NCBI GenBank assembly: GCA_035285125.1
Contig: JAYKHR010000117.1
Location: forward strand, 1 to 60,895
Source of the DNA: Candidatus Sericytochromatia bacterium
GTDB lineage: Bacteria; Cyanobacteriota; Sericytochromatia; S15B-MN24; JAQBPE01
Direction of reading: 5' to 3'
DNA: 60,895 nt
Each line of letters opens with the position of its first letter. Positions within the stretch are counted from its first letter, which is position 1. Shown in pieces: positions 17,391 to 28,436 of this stretch. The position numbers and the translations under genes are program-made. The notes beneath the pieces were generated by a model, which saw nothing but the letters and a program-made list of their open reading frames with translations, made no database searches and had not been told where the DNA came from.

Positions 17391-18521
17391 TCAGCGTCGG
17401 CTGACGGCCTCGAAGGCCGGCGGCATCTCCAGGCCGTTGCCCGCCGTCGGCAGGCTGCCCGGACGGGTGTTCAGCTTCTGCACCATCACCAGGATCTCCG
17501 CCACCGCGGCGTAGAGGTCCTCCGGGATCGCGTCGTCAATGTCGAGGCGCTTGTAGAGCTCCCGGGCGAGCGGGACGTTCTCGATCATCGGCACGCCAGC
17601 CTCGGCGGCCACCTGCTTGATGCGTTGGGCCACCAGGTCGAGGCCCTTGGCCACCACCACCGGGGCCATCATGGCGTCGCGGTCGTACTTGAGCGCCACG
17701 GCCACGTGGGTCGGGTTGGTGACGACGACGGTGGCGCTCGGCACGTCGGACATCATGCGGCGCCGCGCGGCCTCCCGCTGGGCCCGCCGGATGCGCCCCT
17801 TGACCAGGGGGTCACCCTCCGTCTGCTTGGCCTCGTCCTTGATCTCCTGCTTGGTCATCCGCAGGCTTCGCTCGTACTCCCAGCGCTGGTAGAAGAAGTC
17901 GATCGCAGCGAACACGACGAGCGCGAGCACGCAGCGCCACCCGATCGTCCAGGCCAGCTCGGCGAACAGCATCGCCGCGCCGACCTTGTCCATCAGCACG
18001 GCGCCGGCCAGCTCGGGGTAGCGCTCTTCGATGGCCTTGTAGGCCACGATCCCCACCACGATCATCTTCACGATGGCCTTGAGCACCTCGACCAGCGACC
18101 GGCGCGAGAACACCCGCTTGAAGCCCGCAATGGGGTTGATCTTCTCCAGCGACGGTCTCAGCGGCTCCGCCGTGAAGAGCACGCCCACCTGCAGGTAGTT
18201 GGCCACGAGGCCGGCGAGCAGCAGCAGCCCCAGGCACGGGCCCACCAGCAGGAAGAACTGCCAGCCAAGCATCAGGAAGATCCGGTGCAGCGTGTCCACC
18301 GTGATGTCCTCGCGGGGGAAGTGGCTGAGCGAGCCCCGCGCAACCTGCTGCAGCGTGCCGCCCATGTCGCCGAGGCTCAGGCGCAGCCCGGCGATCGCGG
18401 CCAGCAGCACCACGGCCGTGTTCACGTCCATGCTGCGGGCAATGTTGCCCTTCTTGCGCGCCTCCTCGAGGCGCCTGGGAGTGGGCTTCTCGGTACGTTC
18501 CTGGCCGCCGTTCTCAGCCAT
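17391..18521 (-). CDS. flhB: Flagellar export protein FlhB
   Basis: ERTEKPTPRRLEEARKKG; EGDPLVK; NPTH autocleavage motif. Confidence 0.97.
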   Translation of the reverse strand: MAENGGQERTEKPTPRRLEEARKKGNIARSMDVNTAVVLLAAIAGLRLSLGDMGGTLQQVARGSLSHFPREDITVDTLHRIFLMLGWQFFLLVGPCLGLLLLAGLVANYLQVGVLFTAEPLRPSLEKINPIAGFKRVFSRRSLVEVLKAIVKMIVVGIVAYKAIEERYPELAGAVLMDKVGAAMLFAELAWTIGWRCVLALVVFAAIDFFYQRWEYERSLRMTKQEIKDEAKQTEGDPLVKGRIRRAQREAARRRMMSDVPSATVVVTNPTHVAVALKYDRDAMMAPVVVAKGLDLVAQRIKQVAAEAGVPMIENVPLARELYKRLDIDDAIPEDLYAAVAEILVMVQKLNTRPGSLPTAGNGLEMPPAFEAVSRR

Positions 18522-18544
18522 GGGCCCTGCTCACCCCCCCTTCC

Positions 18545-19330
18545 CTACGGCGTGAGGAGCGCGAGCACGGTGGCGAAGGTGCGCTCCGTCTGCCCGGCGA
18601 GGTAGCCCACGAGCAGGGGGAAAGAGAGCGCCATCGTCATCACGCCCAGGCCGATCTTGACGGGAAACGAGGCCACGAAGACATTCATCTGGGGCAGGAT
18701 GCGCGCCACGATGCCCATGGCGACCTCGCCGAGGACCAGCACGCCGAGCACCGGCGCCATGATCATCAGGGCCACCCAGAACATGTCGTTGGAGGCGGCC
18801 ACCACGGACTGCATCGCCCGGGCGTCAAAGGTGAAGGTGCCGAGGGGCACAGCCGTGAAGCTCTTTTGCAGGGCGATGAGCACCCAGTGGTGCCCGTCAA
18901 GCAGCAGGAACACGAGCACGCCGAGCAGCATGTAAAACTGCCCCACCACCGAGACCTGGGACCCGGCCATCGGGTCGAAGATGCTCGCCATGCCGAAGCC
19001 CATCTGCGTGCCCACCATCTGCCCGGCGAACTGGACGGCGACGAAGAAGAGCTGGGCGAGGAAGCCGATCATCACGCCGAGAAGCAGCTCCGACAGCACC
19101 GCCGGCAGCAGGAACCAGAAGGAGCCGAGCTCCTTCGGCAGCGGCTGGTCGAGCAGCATCGGCGTGACGATCAGCGCCAGCATGGCCGAAAGGCCGATCT
19201 TCACGCGCGCGGGCACGCTGGCGTTGCCAAGCACGGGCGCCACGAGGAAGATCGCCGACGACCGCACCAGCACCAGCAAGAAGACCAGCAGGGCCTGCTG
19301 AGGAAGCTGAAATGCCGCGAAGAGGTTCAC
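18545..19330 (-). CDS. fliR: Export-gate protein FliR (canonical)
   Basis: QFAGQMVGTQMGFGMASIFDP; DGHHWVL; PQMNVF. Confidence 0.95.
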   Translation of the reverse strand: MNLFAAFQLPQQALLVFLLVLVRSSAIFLVAPVLGNASVPARVKIGLSAMLALIVTPMLLDQPLPKELGSFWFLLPAVLSELLLGVMIGFLAQLFFVAVQFAGQMVGTQMGFGMASIFDPMAGSQVSVVGQFYMLLGVLVFLLLDGHHWVLIALQKSFTAVPLGTFTFDARAMQSVVAASNDMFWVALMIMAPVLGVLVLGEVAMGIVARILPQMNVFVASFPVKIGLGVMTMALSFPLLVGYLAGQTERTFATVLALLTP

Positions 19331-19340
19331 GCGGCCGCCC

Positions 19341-19610
19341 TCACTTCGCGAACTGCGGCAGGTTGACCAGCAGCTGGGTCATGTAGTCCAGCGTGATGCT
19401 GAGCATCCAGGGGCCGAAGAAGGCCAGCGCGCCGAAGACCGTGACGATCTTGGGGATGAACGTCAGCGTCATCTCGTTGATCTGCGTGACGGCCTGGAAG
19501 ATCGAGACGGCGAGGCCGACCACAAGGCTCAGCAGCAGGGCGGGCATCGACAGCTGCAGCAGGAGCCAGAGAGCCCGCTGCGTGAGCTCGAGCACGACGG
19601 TCTGGGTCAT
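19341..19610 (-). CDS. fliQ: Export-gate protein FliQ (canonical)
   Basis: IFQAVTQINEMTLTFIPK. Confidence 0.96.
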   Translation of the reverse strand: MTQTVVLELTQRALWLLLQLSMPALLLSLVVGLAVSIFQAVTQINEMTLTFIPKIVTVFGALAFFGPWMLSITLDYMTQLLVNLPQFAK

Positions 19611-19620
19611 CCGACAGCCC

Positions 19621-20382
19621 TCACGAGAAGCTCGTCACGAGGGCGCGGCTGAGCAGGTGCCAGCCGTCGACCAGGACGAACAGGATGATTTTGAACGGCA
19701 GCGAGATGACGACGGGCGGAAGCATCATCATGCCCATCGACATCAGGATGCTGGCGACGACCATGTCGATGATCAAGAAGGGCAGGTAGATGACGAAGCC
19801 AATCTGGAAGGCCGTCTTGAGCTCGCTGGTGACGAAGGCGGGGATGAGCACGTAGGTGGGCACGTCCCGCGCCAGCTTGGGGCGCTTCACGTTGCCCATC
19901 TTGATGAACAGCGCCAGATCCTTCTCGCGGGTCTGGCGGAACATGAACTGGCGGATCGGGGCCTCGGCCCGGGCGATGGCGAGGTCTTGCGAGATGGACT
20001 TCTCGGAGAGCGGCTTCCAGGCGTTGGCGTAGATGTCCTGCCCCACCGGGGCCATGACGAAGAAAGTGAGGAACAGGGCCAGCCCGATCACCACCTGGTT
20101 GGGCGGCATCACCTGGGTGCCAATGGCCTGGCGCACGAAGGACAGCACGATGACGATGCGCGTGAAGGCCGTCATCAGCACCAGGATGGCGGGCGCGAGG
20201 CTGAGGATGGTCAGCATCCCCAGGATCTGCAGCGTCACGGCCATGTCTTGAGGCGCCTCGGAGCCGCTCACGCCGAGGTTGATGTTGGGCACGGGCACGG
20301 GCGCGGCCAGGGCAGGCACGGCCAGGAAGGCCGCCAGGAGGGCCGCCCCACCGGCCACGCGCAGGAAGCCGGGGACGGCCAT
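19621..20382 (-). CDS. fliP: Export-gate protein FliP (canonical)
   Basis: [41 protein letters not shown] overlaps the fliO stop. Confidence 0.97.
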   Translation of the reverse strand: MAVPGFLRVAGGAALLAAFLAVPALAAPVPVPNINLGVSGSEAPQDMAVTLQILGMLTILSLAPAILVLMTAFTRIVIVLSFVRQAIGTQVMPPNQVVIGLALFLTFFVMAPVGQDIYANAWKPLSEKSISQDLAIARAEAPIRQFMFRQTREKDLALFIKMGNVKRPKLARDVPTYVLIPAFVTSELKTAFQIGFVIYLPFLIIDMVVASILMSMGMMMLPPVVISLPFKIILFVLVDGWHLLSRALVTSFS

Positions 20383-21230
20383 CAGTCCCACCCGCCGCGC
20401 CGCCCCAGGTCCGTCAGGGCGCCACGGAAGGCGTCTCCGCCGGGGCCTTGCATGACGGTCTCCATGTCATACATCTGGTTGAAGGAGGTGTTCTGGCCGC
20501 GGCTCGCCGCCAGGAGCATCGCCGCCTGGGTCGGATCGTCGATGGTGGCGAGCGTGGAGAGGCCCTGCGGCGAGGAGCCGACCACGATCAGGCGATCGCC
20601 CCCAACGCTGACGAGGTGCATGCTGTGCTGGGGCCCGAGGCTGGTGCTCTCCAGCACGACGAGGTTGCGGCCCTTGCCCACGGCCAGCCCCATGGGCAGC
20701 TTGCCGCCTCCCACCTTCCGCACGAAGGCCAAGGCCGCCAGCATCAGGCCGATCACGACCACCAGCTTGAGGATGAGGCCGCCCGTCTGCTGCCACCAAG
20801 GTGCCTCCGCCTCGAGCTTGGGCTCCTCGTAGTCGCGCAGCTTGAAGGGCTGGTCCTCGGCCATGTAAGCCGGGCCAGCCGGCTTGGGCCGGGCCGAGGG
20901 GGCCGCAGCGGGGCGGGCGGGTGGCGCGGGGGGGGCTGCCGCCGGTGGCGCCGCGGCCGGCGGCTCTTCGGGGGCCTGCGCCTCCACGCCGGGCGGCAAC
21001 CCCTCCGAGGCCGGCGGCGCCTCGGGCTGGCCGGCGGCGGCCCCTCCGCCCCCCGTGGCGGTGCGAAGGCCAGCCTCCGCCGCGCCCTGAAGATCGACAG
21101 GGGCCATGACCTTCCAGCCATCGGCCCCGCCGCCCGCCTGGGCCAGCGCGGCGGCGGCCGGCGGACCAGCCCCCAAGAGGAGGGCGGTCAAGGTCACGTT
21201 CACGAGCAGGGTGCGAAGGTATGGCGCCAC
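20382..21230 (-). CDS. fliO: FliO/FliZ with long N-terminal extension
   Basis: TM then [30 protein letters not shown]; lies between cheY and fliP; start uncertain. Confidence 0.75.
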   Translation of the reverse strand: MAPYLRTLLVNVTLTALLLGAGPPAAAALAQAGGGADGWKVMAPVDLQGAAEAGLRTATGGGGAAAGQPEAPPASEGLPPGVEAQAPEEPPAAAPPAAAPPAPPARPAAAPSARPKPAGPAYMAEDQPFKLRDYEEPKLEAEAPWWQQTGGLILKLVVVIGLMLAALAFVRKVGGGKLPMGLAVGKGRNLVVLESTSLGPQHSMHLVSVGGDRLIVVGSSPQGLSTLATIDDPTQAAMLLAASRGQNTSFNQMYDMETVMQGPGGDAFRGALTDLGRRGGWD

Positions 21231-21335
21231 AGGAACTTCCGGTGCGGCCGGCGCGTCTCCCGTACCCCTGCGTCGGGCGCCCGACGCGGGTCGAACGGGG
21301 GTCAGGCCACCGGTCCCTGATACATAACACCATTC

Positions 21336-21379
21336 AACATAACAAACTTGCCACGGCCACACATGTGATCGATGTCCCA
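21336..21379 (-). promoter_or_regulatory. CRP-type site plus extended -10 upstream of fliO
   Basis: TGTGA-tcgatg-TCCCA (21364-21379, 9/10 match), 22 nt from TG-t-TATGTT (21341-21336). Confidence 0.65.
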
Positions 21380-21447
21380 AACGCGGCGAGTCCGAGCCCG
21401 ATTGCCTTGCCGCGGCGGCCTTCCGAGGCGCGGGCGAAGTTACCGCG

Positions 21448-21807
21448 TCAGGACAGGACCTTGCGCACGGCGTCGAGGACGCGGTCGGCGTGGAAGGGCT
21501 TGACGACGAAGTCCCTGGCGCCCTGCTCGATGGCCTCGACCACGAGCTGCTGCTGCCCCATCGCGCTGCACACGATCACGCTGGCGCTCGGGTGGGTGCG
21601 GCGGATCTCCCGCAGGGCCGAGAGGCCGTCGAGCTCAGGCATCGTGATGTCCATCAGGACAAGATCGGGCTCTTGCTCCCGGAACCGCTGGATCGCCTCG
21701 AGGCCGTTGGAGGCCTCGCCGCAGACCTCAAAGCCATTGCGGGCAAGGATGTCCCGAATCATCTTCCGCATGAACGCGGCATCGTCGACGACGAGTATCT
21801 TGGACAT
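21448..21807 (-). CDS. cheY: Chemotaxis response regulator CheY
   Basis: KILVVDDAAFMR, LMDITMPELDG, CSAMGQQ, FVVKPF; follows fliY as in Bacillus. Confidence 0.93.
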   Translation of the reverse strand: MSKILVVDDAAFMRKMIRDILARNGFEVCGEASNGLEAIQRFREQEPDLVLMDITMPELDGLSALREIRRTHPSASVIVCSAMGQQQLVVEAIEQGARDFVVKPFHADRVLDAVRKVLS

Positions 21808-21855
21808 CCCAGGGGCGGCCTCCGCGAGGACCGACACACCTGTCGTCCCCCGCCG

Positions 21856-23025
21856 TTACTTGATATTGAGGCCGTTGAAGCGCTCTTGCGGGCTGACGAT
21901 TTCTGTCAGACGGATGCCGAAGTTTTCGTCGATGACGACGACCTCGCCCTTGGCGATCAACTTGCCGTTTACCAGCATGTCTACAGGTTCTCCGGCCAGC
22001 TTGTCAAGCTCGACGACGGAGCCCTTGCCAAGGTCGAGGACCTCCCGAATCTGCATCCGGGTGCGCCCGAGCTCCACGGAGACCTTGAGCGTGACGTCCA
22101 GGATGAGGTCGAGGCCGCTCAGGCCCTCGCCACCCGGCTGCCGGGTGAGGGGGGCAAACTGGGCGGATTTCACGGCCACAGGGTCCTGCTGGGGGAACGC
22201 CCCGGCCATGGCCGCCGCCAGGCCCGGGTCGCCGAGCGGGGGCAACCCACCCCCCACCGAGGCAGCGGCCGAGGGCAGGACATCCGCCACGGCGGACCGG
22301 GGCACCGTCGATTCGGCCGTTTCGCTCCAGGCCGACACGGACGAGGGCGCGAGCTCCGGGCTGGCCGCCACCTGCGGCTGCCCGGCAGCCTGCGCGGCCT
22401 CCGGGTTGTCGGCAGCCAGGACGAGAATCTCCACCATGTCCCGCGCGCTCTGGTGCGGGACGAGCTCCAGCAGCACGCTGTCGACCAGCCCCTCGATGCT
22501 GAAGCGGTGCCGCACCAGGGTGAGCGGGCCGCCCGCTGCCAGCCCTCGCAGCGCGGCGTGGGCGCCCAGGGCCTCGACGGCCACCCGCGGCGGCGTGATC
22601 GTCACCCGGCGAAGCATCAGGGTGCTGAGGGTGTTCGCCGCGTTGCCCAGCCCCTGGTTGAAGGCCTCACCGATGGCGGAGAGCTGCGCGTCGTCGAGCT
22701 CGGTCGCCGGCGCGGAGCCATCGCCCCCCATCATGAGGTCGCAAACGATGGCCGCGTCGCCCGCCCGCATCACGAAGACATGCGGGTGGTCTGCACCGGT
22801 CTGGAGGTCCAGCGCGACGAGCACGGCTGGCTCCGGGTGCTCGGCCCCCAGCGCGTCGAGGTCGGCCTCGCCGACGTCTTCGACCGCCAGCTGCACCGTC
22901 TTGTTGAGCAGCATCGTCATGGTCGAGGCAGCTGCCCCCAGCGCGTAGTTGCTGAGGTCAGAGAACGACTTGCGCTCCTGCTCGGTCAGAGGGCCGCCGA
23001 CGCCGCCCGGGGTGGACTCGCTCAT
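21856..23025 (-). CDS. fliY: Switch protein FliY (CheC-like plus FliN domain)
   Basis: [11 protein letters not shown]heC motif; C-terminal [10 protein letters not shown]...[17 protein letters not shown]. Confidence 0.9.
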   Translation of the reverse strand: MSESTPGGVGGPLTEQERKSFSDLSNYALGAAASTMTMLLNKTVQLAVEDVGEADLDALGAEHPEPAVLVALDLQTGADHPHVFVMRAGDAAIVCDLMMGGDGSAPATELDDAQLSAIGEAFNQGLGNAANTLSTLMLRRVTITPPRVAVEALGAHAALRGLAAGGPLTLVRHRFSIEGLVDSVLLELVPHQSARDMVEILVLAADNPEAAQAAGQPQVAASPELAPSSVSAWSETAESTVPRSAVADVLPSAAASVGGGLPPLGDPGLAAAMAGAFPQQDPVAVKSAQFAPLTRQPGGEGLSGLDLILDVTLKVSVELGRTRMQIREVLDLGKGSVVELDKLAGEPVDMLVNGKLIAKGEVVVIDENFGIRLTEIVSPQERFNGLNIK

Positions 23026-24023
23026 TCGTCTTCCGTTTCCTCTTCGCCGACGACGCGGGTGACCTGCACCGCCAGCTTGTTCCGCACCAGGCCTGGCCGG
23101 CCCTTGAACTTCAACCGGTCCGCCACGAGGACGGGCAGGTCCTCGTCGACGTAGGAGGTCAGCGGGATGACGTCACCCACGCCCACCTTGAGGATATCCG
23201 CCACCGTCAGCTCGGCAGTGCCCAGCAACACCTGGAAAGGGATCTTCGTGGCCTCGACGCCCTGGCGGATGTCCCTTGCGTGCTCCGGCAGCTGCTCCTG
23301 CTTCGCGAGCGTGAACATCATCTGCGAGCTGATCATCTGGATGACGGGCTCCAGCACCACAAAGGGGATGCAGATGGAGAGCGGCCCGGAGGAGTCGCCG
23401 AACTTGGCCTCGAAGGTGATGAGGACGACGACGTCGGTGGGCGGCACGATCTGGATGAACCGGGGGTTCATCTCCATCGACTCCTGCTTGGGCTGCACCT
23501 TGACCACCGAGCTCCAGGCCTCCTTGAAGGCCTCCAGCGCGCGCAGGATGATGGTGCCGACGAGGGCCCGCTCGATTTCCGTGAGGTCGCGTCGCATGCG
23601 ACTGACCCGCCCAGGCCCGCCCAGCATCCGGTCAATGATGGCCGACGCGATGTCGAGGTTGATTTCGAAGATGCAGTTGCCGACGAGCGGGGCGATCGAG
23701 AAGATGTTCACGATCGTCGGGCTCGGCACCGAGCGGATGAACTCGTCGTAGGTCAGCTGCTCGACGGAGGCCACCTCGATCTGAACGACCATGCGAAGGT
23801 GGGCCGAAAGCACCGTGCTCAGGATGCGCGCGAAGTTTTCGTGCATCATCGAGAGCGTGCGGATGTGCTCCTTCGAGAACTTGTTCTGGCGCTTGAAGTC
23901 GTAGACGCGGACGCTCTTCTCGCGGCGCCCGGCGTCGTCCTTGACCTTCTCGGCCGTCAGTTCCCCCGTGGAGAGGGCTGACAGCAGCGCGTCGATCTCG
24001 TTTTGAGAGAGGATTTCAGCCAC
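23022..24023 (-). CDS. fliM: Switch protein FliM
   Basis: [32 protein letters not shown]. Confidence 0.97.
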   Translation of the reverse strand: MAEILSQNEIDALLSALSTGELTAEKVKDDAGRREKSVRVYDFKRQNKFSKEHIRTLSMMHENFARILSTVLSAHLRMVVQIEVASVEQLTYDEFIRSVPSPTIVNIFSIAPLVGNCIFEINLDIASAIIDRMLGGPGRVSRMRRDLTEIERALVGTIILRALEAFKEAWSSVVKVQPKQESMEMNPRFIQIVPPTDVVVLITFEAKFGDSSGPLSICIPFVVLEPVIQMISSQMMFTLAKQEQLPEHARDIRQGVEATKIPFQVLLGTAELTVADILKVGVGDVIPLTSYVDEDLPVLVADRLKFKGRPGLVRNKLAVQVTRVVGEEETEDE

Positions 24024-24100
24024 GGCAGGCCACCCGGGCCCTCACGGGGCCAGACCGGACGGCACGGCGCCCCACGGAGAGCAGGACGCCGTGCACGGCC

Positions 24101-24793
24101 TCACGACACCACGAATTCGGTGAAGAAGACGTTCATGACCTCTGGCAAGGGCGGAGGCCCATGGTGCTCGCCCTCGCTGCCGCCACCACCCTCGCCCTCT
24201 TCAGCCGGGGCCTCCTTGGCCTTCTTCTCGGCCGGCGCGGCCGGGGCATGCTGGCCCGGCGGCGCTGGCGGAGGCCCGAAGACCTCCTTGAGTTGCGCGT
24301 TGAGGTTTTCGCGGATCTTGGTGCGGAGCCTGGAGCGACCCGCATCGGTCTTGAGTTCCTCGGCGCTGTAGCCTGCGATGGTTTCGATCGTGACGTCCTT
24401 CATGAAAGCGACATACTTCTCGAGGGGATCGACCTTCTTGGCGCCGGCGTTGCCGCCACCACCCGGCGGCCACAGCACGTCGTCCTGCACGTACTGCAGC
24501 ACGATTGAGAACTTCAGGTAGCGCCCGCCCTTGAGGTTGATGATCTGCGAGTTGAGCAGCGGCACGCTCGGGCCAGCCGAGCGGACCTTGGGCTTGTGAA
24601 GCTTGGCCTCTTCCTCCGCCGCAGCCTTGGCCTTGGCGATCATGAACTGCGAGACGTAGAAGTGCACGCCGAGGAAGCTTGCCCCCACGGTGGTGAGCGC
24701 GAAGCCGAAGCCGAGCGCCAGCCACTTGAGGTCGGGCGACATGCCGCCCTTCTTCTTCTCGTCCTTGCCGTCTTTCTTGAGGTTCTCTGCCAT
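24101..24793 (-). CDS. fliL: FliL
   Basis: Single TM; IINLKGGRYLK; VMNVFFTEFVV; lies between motB and fliM. Confidence 0.88.
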   Translation of the reverse strand: MAENLKKDGKDEKKKGGMSPDLKWLALGFGFALTTVGASFLGVHFYVSQFMIAKAKAAAEEEAKLHKPKVRSAGPSVPLLNSQIINLKGGRYLKFSIVLQYVQDDVLWPPGGGGNAGAKKVDPLEKYVAFMKDVTIETIAGYSAEELKTDAGRSRLRTKIRENLNAQLKEVFGPPPAPPGQHAPAAPAEKKAKEAPAEEGEGGGGSEGEHHGPPPLPEVMNVFFTEFVVS

Positions 24794-24904
24794 GCTTCCA
24801 ACTCCTCGCCGCGGTCCGGCGACCGACCCCCATCGTCACCCGTGGCGGTCGGTCGGTTCAGTGGGGGGGCTCACATGCGCGACATATCACTGCCGCTGCA
24901 GACG

Positions 24905-25633
24905 TCATAGCTGGCCGGCGGGCCGCTGACCTTTGATGTCCGACTTCAGGATGACGATGTCGACCCGGCGGTTCCTGGCCCGGTTCTCGGCGCTGTCGTT
25001 GGCCACTATCGGCTTGTATTCCCCGTATCCCGCTGCGGATAACGTGTTCGGGGGGAGGCCCTGGGCCTCGATCATGTACTTCACGACGGACGTGGCCCGG
25101 GCTGTCGACAGCTCCCAGTTGCTGGGGTACTGCCGGGTGCGGATGGGCGTGTCGTCCGTGTGCCCCTCGATGAGGATGTTGCGTCGGCTGTGCTTGATCG
25201 TCTTCGCGACCTTCGCCATGATGCGCACGGCGTCCGGGCGCAGGTAGGCCTGGCCGGCGTCGAAGAACGCGCTGCTCGCGAGGGACACCACCAGGCCCCG
25301 CTCCGTCATCTTGGTCGAGACGGCCCCCTCGTCGCCGTCCTCGCGCGTCGCCTTCTCGATCTGCCGCTGCATCTCGGCCAGGGCGAAGTCCATCGGCGAC
25401 TGGCCGCCCACGAGCACGTTGGGCGAGCCGTTGATGGGGGCCTCGCCTGCCCCCGAGGTGATGTGAAAGGCATTCCGCATCGCGTTCTGGAGCTCGGAGA
25501 TCTTCCGGTAGTCTGAAACGGCGAGGGCATACAGGATCACGAAGAACGCCATGAGCAGCGTGATGAGGTCGGCGTACGTCAGCAACCACCGCTCGTGGTT
25601 CGCATGTCCGCCGTGTTTCTTCTTCTTGCCCAT
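24905..25633 (-). CDS. motB: Stator protein MotB
   Basis: ERWLLTYADLITLLMAFF; EGHTDD; NWELSTARA; NRRVDIVI. Confidence 0.96.
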   Translation of the reverse strand: MGKKKKHGGHANHERWLLTYADLITLLMAFFVILYALAVSDYRKISELQNAMRNAFHITSGAGEAPINGSPNVLVGGQSPMDFALAEMQRQIEKATREDGDEGAVSTKMTERGLVVSLASSAFFDAGQAYLRPDAVRIMAKVAKTIKHSRRNILIEGHTDDTPIRTRQYPSNWELSTARATSVVKYMIEAQGLPPNTLSAAGYGEYKPIVANDSAENRARNRRVDIVILKSDIKGQRPAGQL

Positions 25634-25635
25634 GG

Positions 25636-26427
25636 CTAGTGCTTCTTGCTTCCGACGTGCGCTCGGTGAGAGGGCGCCAGGAAGCTCTTGAGCTTCTCCT
25701 CGACGATCTGCGGGTTGTCGCCGGCCTGGATGGAGATGATGCCCGCGATCATGATCTCCCGGACATGCACCTCCTCCTCGCTGCGGCGCTTGAGCTTCTG
25801 CGCCATCGGCAGCCACAGCAGGTTGGCCGTCCACACGCCGTAGAGCGTGGCCGTGAAGGCGACGGCGATGCCGGCGCCCATCTGCTCGATCGAGCCGCCC
25901 AGGTTGCCGAGCAGGGAGATCAGGCCCATCACGGTGCCGATGATGCCCATCGTGGGGGCAAAGCCGCCCAGGCCGTCGAGGATGGCCGCGGGGGTGGCGT
26001 GGCGGGCGGCCAGGAAGTCGATCTCGGTCTCGAGCATCTCCTTGATGGTGTCCTGGTCGAGGCCGTCAGCCACCAGCTGGATGCCCTTCTGCAAGAAGGG
26101 GTCGCCCGCCGCCTGCACCTCGGACTCCAGCGACAGCAGGCCCTCGCGTCGGGCCTTCTCGGCAAACTTCACCAGCTTGTTGACGATCTCGGTCTCCTCG
26201 AAGCCGTTCTTCTTGAACGCCATGCCCATGCACTTGGGCAGGTTCTTCAGCTCGTGCATCGGGAAGCCCAGCAAGGCGCATCCCAGCGTGCCGCCCAGCA
26301 CGATGAGGGCGGCGGAGGGGTTCAGCAGGCTGAGCACGGCCCAGAAGTTCCAGCCGTTCTCCCAGATGTGGGCGACGATCATGGAGCCGAAGCCCACGAG
26401 CAGGCCGAGCGCGGTGGTAATTTCCAT
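25636..26427 (-). CDS. motA: Stator protein MotA
   Basis: ARREGLLSLE; APTMGIIGTVMGLI; AFTATLYG. Confidence 0.96.
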   Translation of the reverse strand: MEITTALGLLVGFGSMIVAHIWENGWNFWAVLSLLNPSAALIVLGGTLGCALLGFPMHELKNLPKCMGMAFKKNGFEETEIVNKLVKFAEKARREGLLSLESEVQAAGDPFLQKGIQLVADGLDQDTIKEMLETEIDFLAARHATPAAILDGLGGFAPTMGIIGTVMGLISLLGNLGGSIEQMGAGIAVAFTATLYGVWTANLLWLPMAQKLKRRSEEEVHVREIMIAGIISIQAGDNPQIVEEKLKSFLAPSHRAHVGSKKH

Positions 26428-26469
26428 AGGAGCGGGGTTCCTCTATCAACCTCGGGTGCTCAGCGGAGC

Positions 26470-26670
26470 TCAGGGGGTGCCGGTCGGCCCAGCGAGGAGC
26501 CGCCGGCGGAAGGCCACGACCCGTTCGATGATCTCGTCAACGCCCTCCCGGACGACGTAAGTATGCTCGGTCGTGAGCTTCAAGACCGTGTCGGGCGTGG
26601 CCTCAACGGTCTCGATGAGGTCCGAGTTCAGCAGGAAAACCGAGCCGTTCAGGCGAGTCACTTGTATCAT
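26470..26670 (-). CDS. flbD: FlbD/SwrD family protein
   Basis: MIQVTRLNG..FLLNSDLIETVEATPDT. Confidence 0.9.
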   Translation of the reverse strand: MIQVTRLNGSVFLLNSDLIETVEATPDTVLKLTTEHTYVVREGVDEIIERVVAFRRRLLAGPTGTP

Positions 26671-26972
26671 GAAAGAGCCTCCCGCAAAGCGCCACGTTCG
26701 TCGTTCAGGCGCTGGATGAACACCAGCAGCTCCGCCACCACGGGGTACAGGACCTCGGGGATGGCGGTGCCGATTTCAACTTGGGCCAGGGCCGCCGCGA
26801 GGTCGGGGTTCTCCTCGACCGGCACGCCGGCCTCCCGGGCCACAGCCACGATGCGGTCGGCCAGGTGGCCCTCGCCAGCGGCCACAACGGTCGGGGCCAC
26901 GTCCCGCCCCGCCTCGTAGCGCAGCGCCACGGCCCGTCGCGCATCGTTCGGCCGCCCTTTGGACGCGTCCAT
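26667..26972 (-). CDS. Stand-alone FlhB C-terminal-like protein (YlqH/FlhX type)
   Basis: AVALRYE..APTVVAAGEG..A..I..AREAGVPVEEN..IPEVLYPVVAELL; GGAGG RBS. Confidence 0.88.
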   Translation of the reverse strand: MDASKGRPNDARRAVALRYEAGRDVAPTVVAAGEGHLADRIVAVAREAGVPVEENPDLAAALAQVEIGTAIPEVLYPVVAELLVFIQRLNDERGALREALS

Positions 26973-26973
26973 G

Positions 26974-28389
26974 TCAGACCCTCCGGTCAAAGCGCAGCAC
27001 CTCGACCCCCTCGAGGGCCGGGGCCCCGGCGGGCGCGGGTGCGCTGGCGACCCGCGTGGTGAGGTGGGCTGCCTCGTGGCCGCGGGCCGCCAGGGCCTCG
27101 CGCAGCCCCTCGAGGCGCGCCTCGACGAAGGCCCGCAGCTCGGCGTCGGCGAGGCCTAGCGTGAGCGTGAGGCGGCCGCCGGCCTCCACCAGGCTGGCCT
27201 GGACGGTGGCAAGGTGCTCGGTCGGGAGCACCAGGTCGAGGCGCGTCACCCCCTCCGGGACCTCGGGGGACGCGGGATGCCGATGGACCTGCAGGGCGGC
27301 CTCCTCGGCGAAGGCCTGGCCCCGCGGCACCAGCAGGGGCACGGCATGCGCCGAGGCCACCACGCCAGCGGCCGGCCCGGCGCTCGCCAGTTGAAGGTAT
27401 CGGACTTCCGCCACGGCCTCGCTCAACGTGTGCTTCAGTTCAGGATGAGACGCCCCCAGGGCGCGCGCCGCCTGCTCGAGCAGGGACGCCAGCTCGGGCC
27501 CACGGCCCGGCGCGGGGTTCACATAACTTATACCCGAGCCTGGAACTGGCCGCTGTGACGGGAGTACGGGCGCCGGTGCGTCCTCTGGGGAGGCCGGGGC
27601 CTCCGGGTACGGTGTCCCCTCGCCAGGGCCCGCCGCACCCGGGGGCGTGAGACGCCCCACCCACGTCCGCAGCGCGGCCTCCAGCGTCGTGGCGGGGCCC
27701 GCCAGGGGCAGCGCGTCGAGGGCTGCGAGCAGGGCCCGGGCCGCCTCCCCCCCCGTCCCGGGGGCCGTGGCGGCGCCTTGCAGGCCGGGCAGCGCAGCCA
27801 GCAGCCTGGGCGCCAGGGCCACGGGCGCCCAGGGTTCAGCCCGCGCCATCACCTGCGCGAGCGTCGCGGGCGCGAGGGGCAGCCCGGTGCGCTGCAACAG
27901 GGCGGCTGCGGCAGCCTCCCGCGGCCCGACGTGCGAGAAGGGTCGCAGGGCCTGCAGCAAGCGTTGGGCCGCGGGCACGTCCAGCCGACCGTCCCTCGCC
28001 ACGAGCGCCCTGGCGACGGCGCGGCCGCGCGCATCCGCCGGAAGGCCGTGTTCGCGCAGCGTCTCGTCGAGCTCGGCATCCGGCACCGCCTGGGCCTGGC
28101 CGTCCGGAGGCCCGCTGGCCTGCACCGCCAGGCGGACCACGCCCCCGGGCTGAGCCTCGACGCGGACGAAGAGGCGATCGCCCACGCGCAGCTGGGTGTG
28201 GGCCTCCGCGTCCACGCGGTGCCCGAGCAGGTCCAGCACCGCCTCCGTGCCGCGAAGCGCCAGCACGCGGGCCTCCGCGACGCTGCCGCTCTCGGCCGCG
28301 GCACGCAGGGCCCCCCACAGCGCCGCGTCCGGCCCCGCGCTGGCGGAGCCGGAACCGGGCTGGCCGAGGTTGAGGCCACGGATTTCCAT
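26974..28389 (-). CDS. FliK-like protein (YlqG type)
   Basis: C-terminal LDLVLPTEHLATVQASL...LTLTL..LREALAARG resembles the FliK C-domain; paired with the FlhB-like gene. Confidence 0.6.
   Translation of the reverse strand: MEIRGLNLGQPGSGSASAGPDAALWGALRAAAESGSVAEARVLALRGTEAVLDLLGHRVDAEAHTQLRVGDRLFVRVEAQPGGVVRLAVQASGPPDGQAQAVPDAELDETLREHGLPADARGRAVARALVARDGRLDVPAAQRLLQALRPFSHVGPREAAAAALLQRTGLPLAPATLAQVMARAEPWAPVALAPRLLAALPGLQGAATAPGTGGEAARALLAALDALPLAGPATTLEAALRTWVGRLTPPGAAGPGEGTPYPEAPASPEDAPAPVLPSQRPVPGSGISYVNPAPGRGPELASLLEQAARALGASHPELKHTLSEAVAEVRYLQLASAGPAAGVVASAHAVPLLVPRGQAFAEEAALQVHRHPASPEVPEGVTRLDLVLPTEHLATVQASLVEAGGRLTLTLGLADAELRAFVEARLEGLREALAARGHEAAHLTTRVASAPAPAGAPALEGVEVLRFDRRV
27525..27569 (-). 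promoter_or_regulatory. Putative intragenic promoter for the FlhB-like/flbD/motAB block
   Basis: AT-rich patch GGTATAAGTTATGTGAA in a very GC-rich gene; TGTGA at 27554-27558, 21 nt from TATAAG (27532-27527). Confidence 0.45.
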
Positions 28390-28436
28390 CGGGGTCTGGG
28401 TCCATCCGGGGCCACCGGGGTGGCCCCCTCAGCGCG

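Noticed and set aside
15440..21345. Recurrent TGTTATGT as a separate transcription-factor motif
   Set aside because: More simply explained as an extended -10 (TG-n-TATGTT) at fixed spacing from the CRP-type site; the copies at 27518 and 48327 remain unexplained but are too few to support a motif
24832..24891. CRP-like sites upstream of fliL (AGTGG-N6-TCACA; TGCGC-N6-TCACT)
   Set aside because: Only a poor -10 (GACGAT) at the expected spacing, so not counted among the seven
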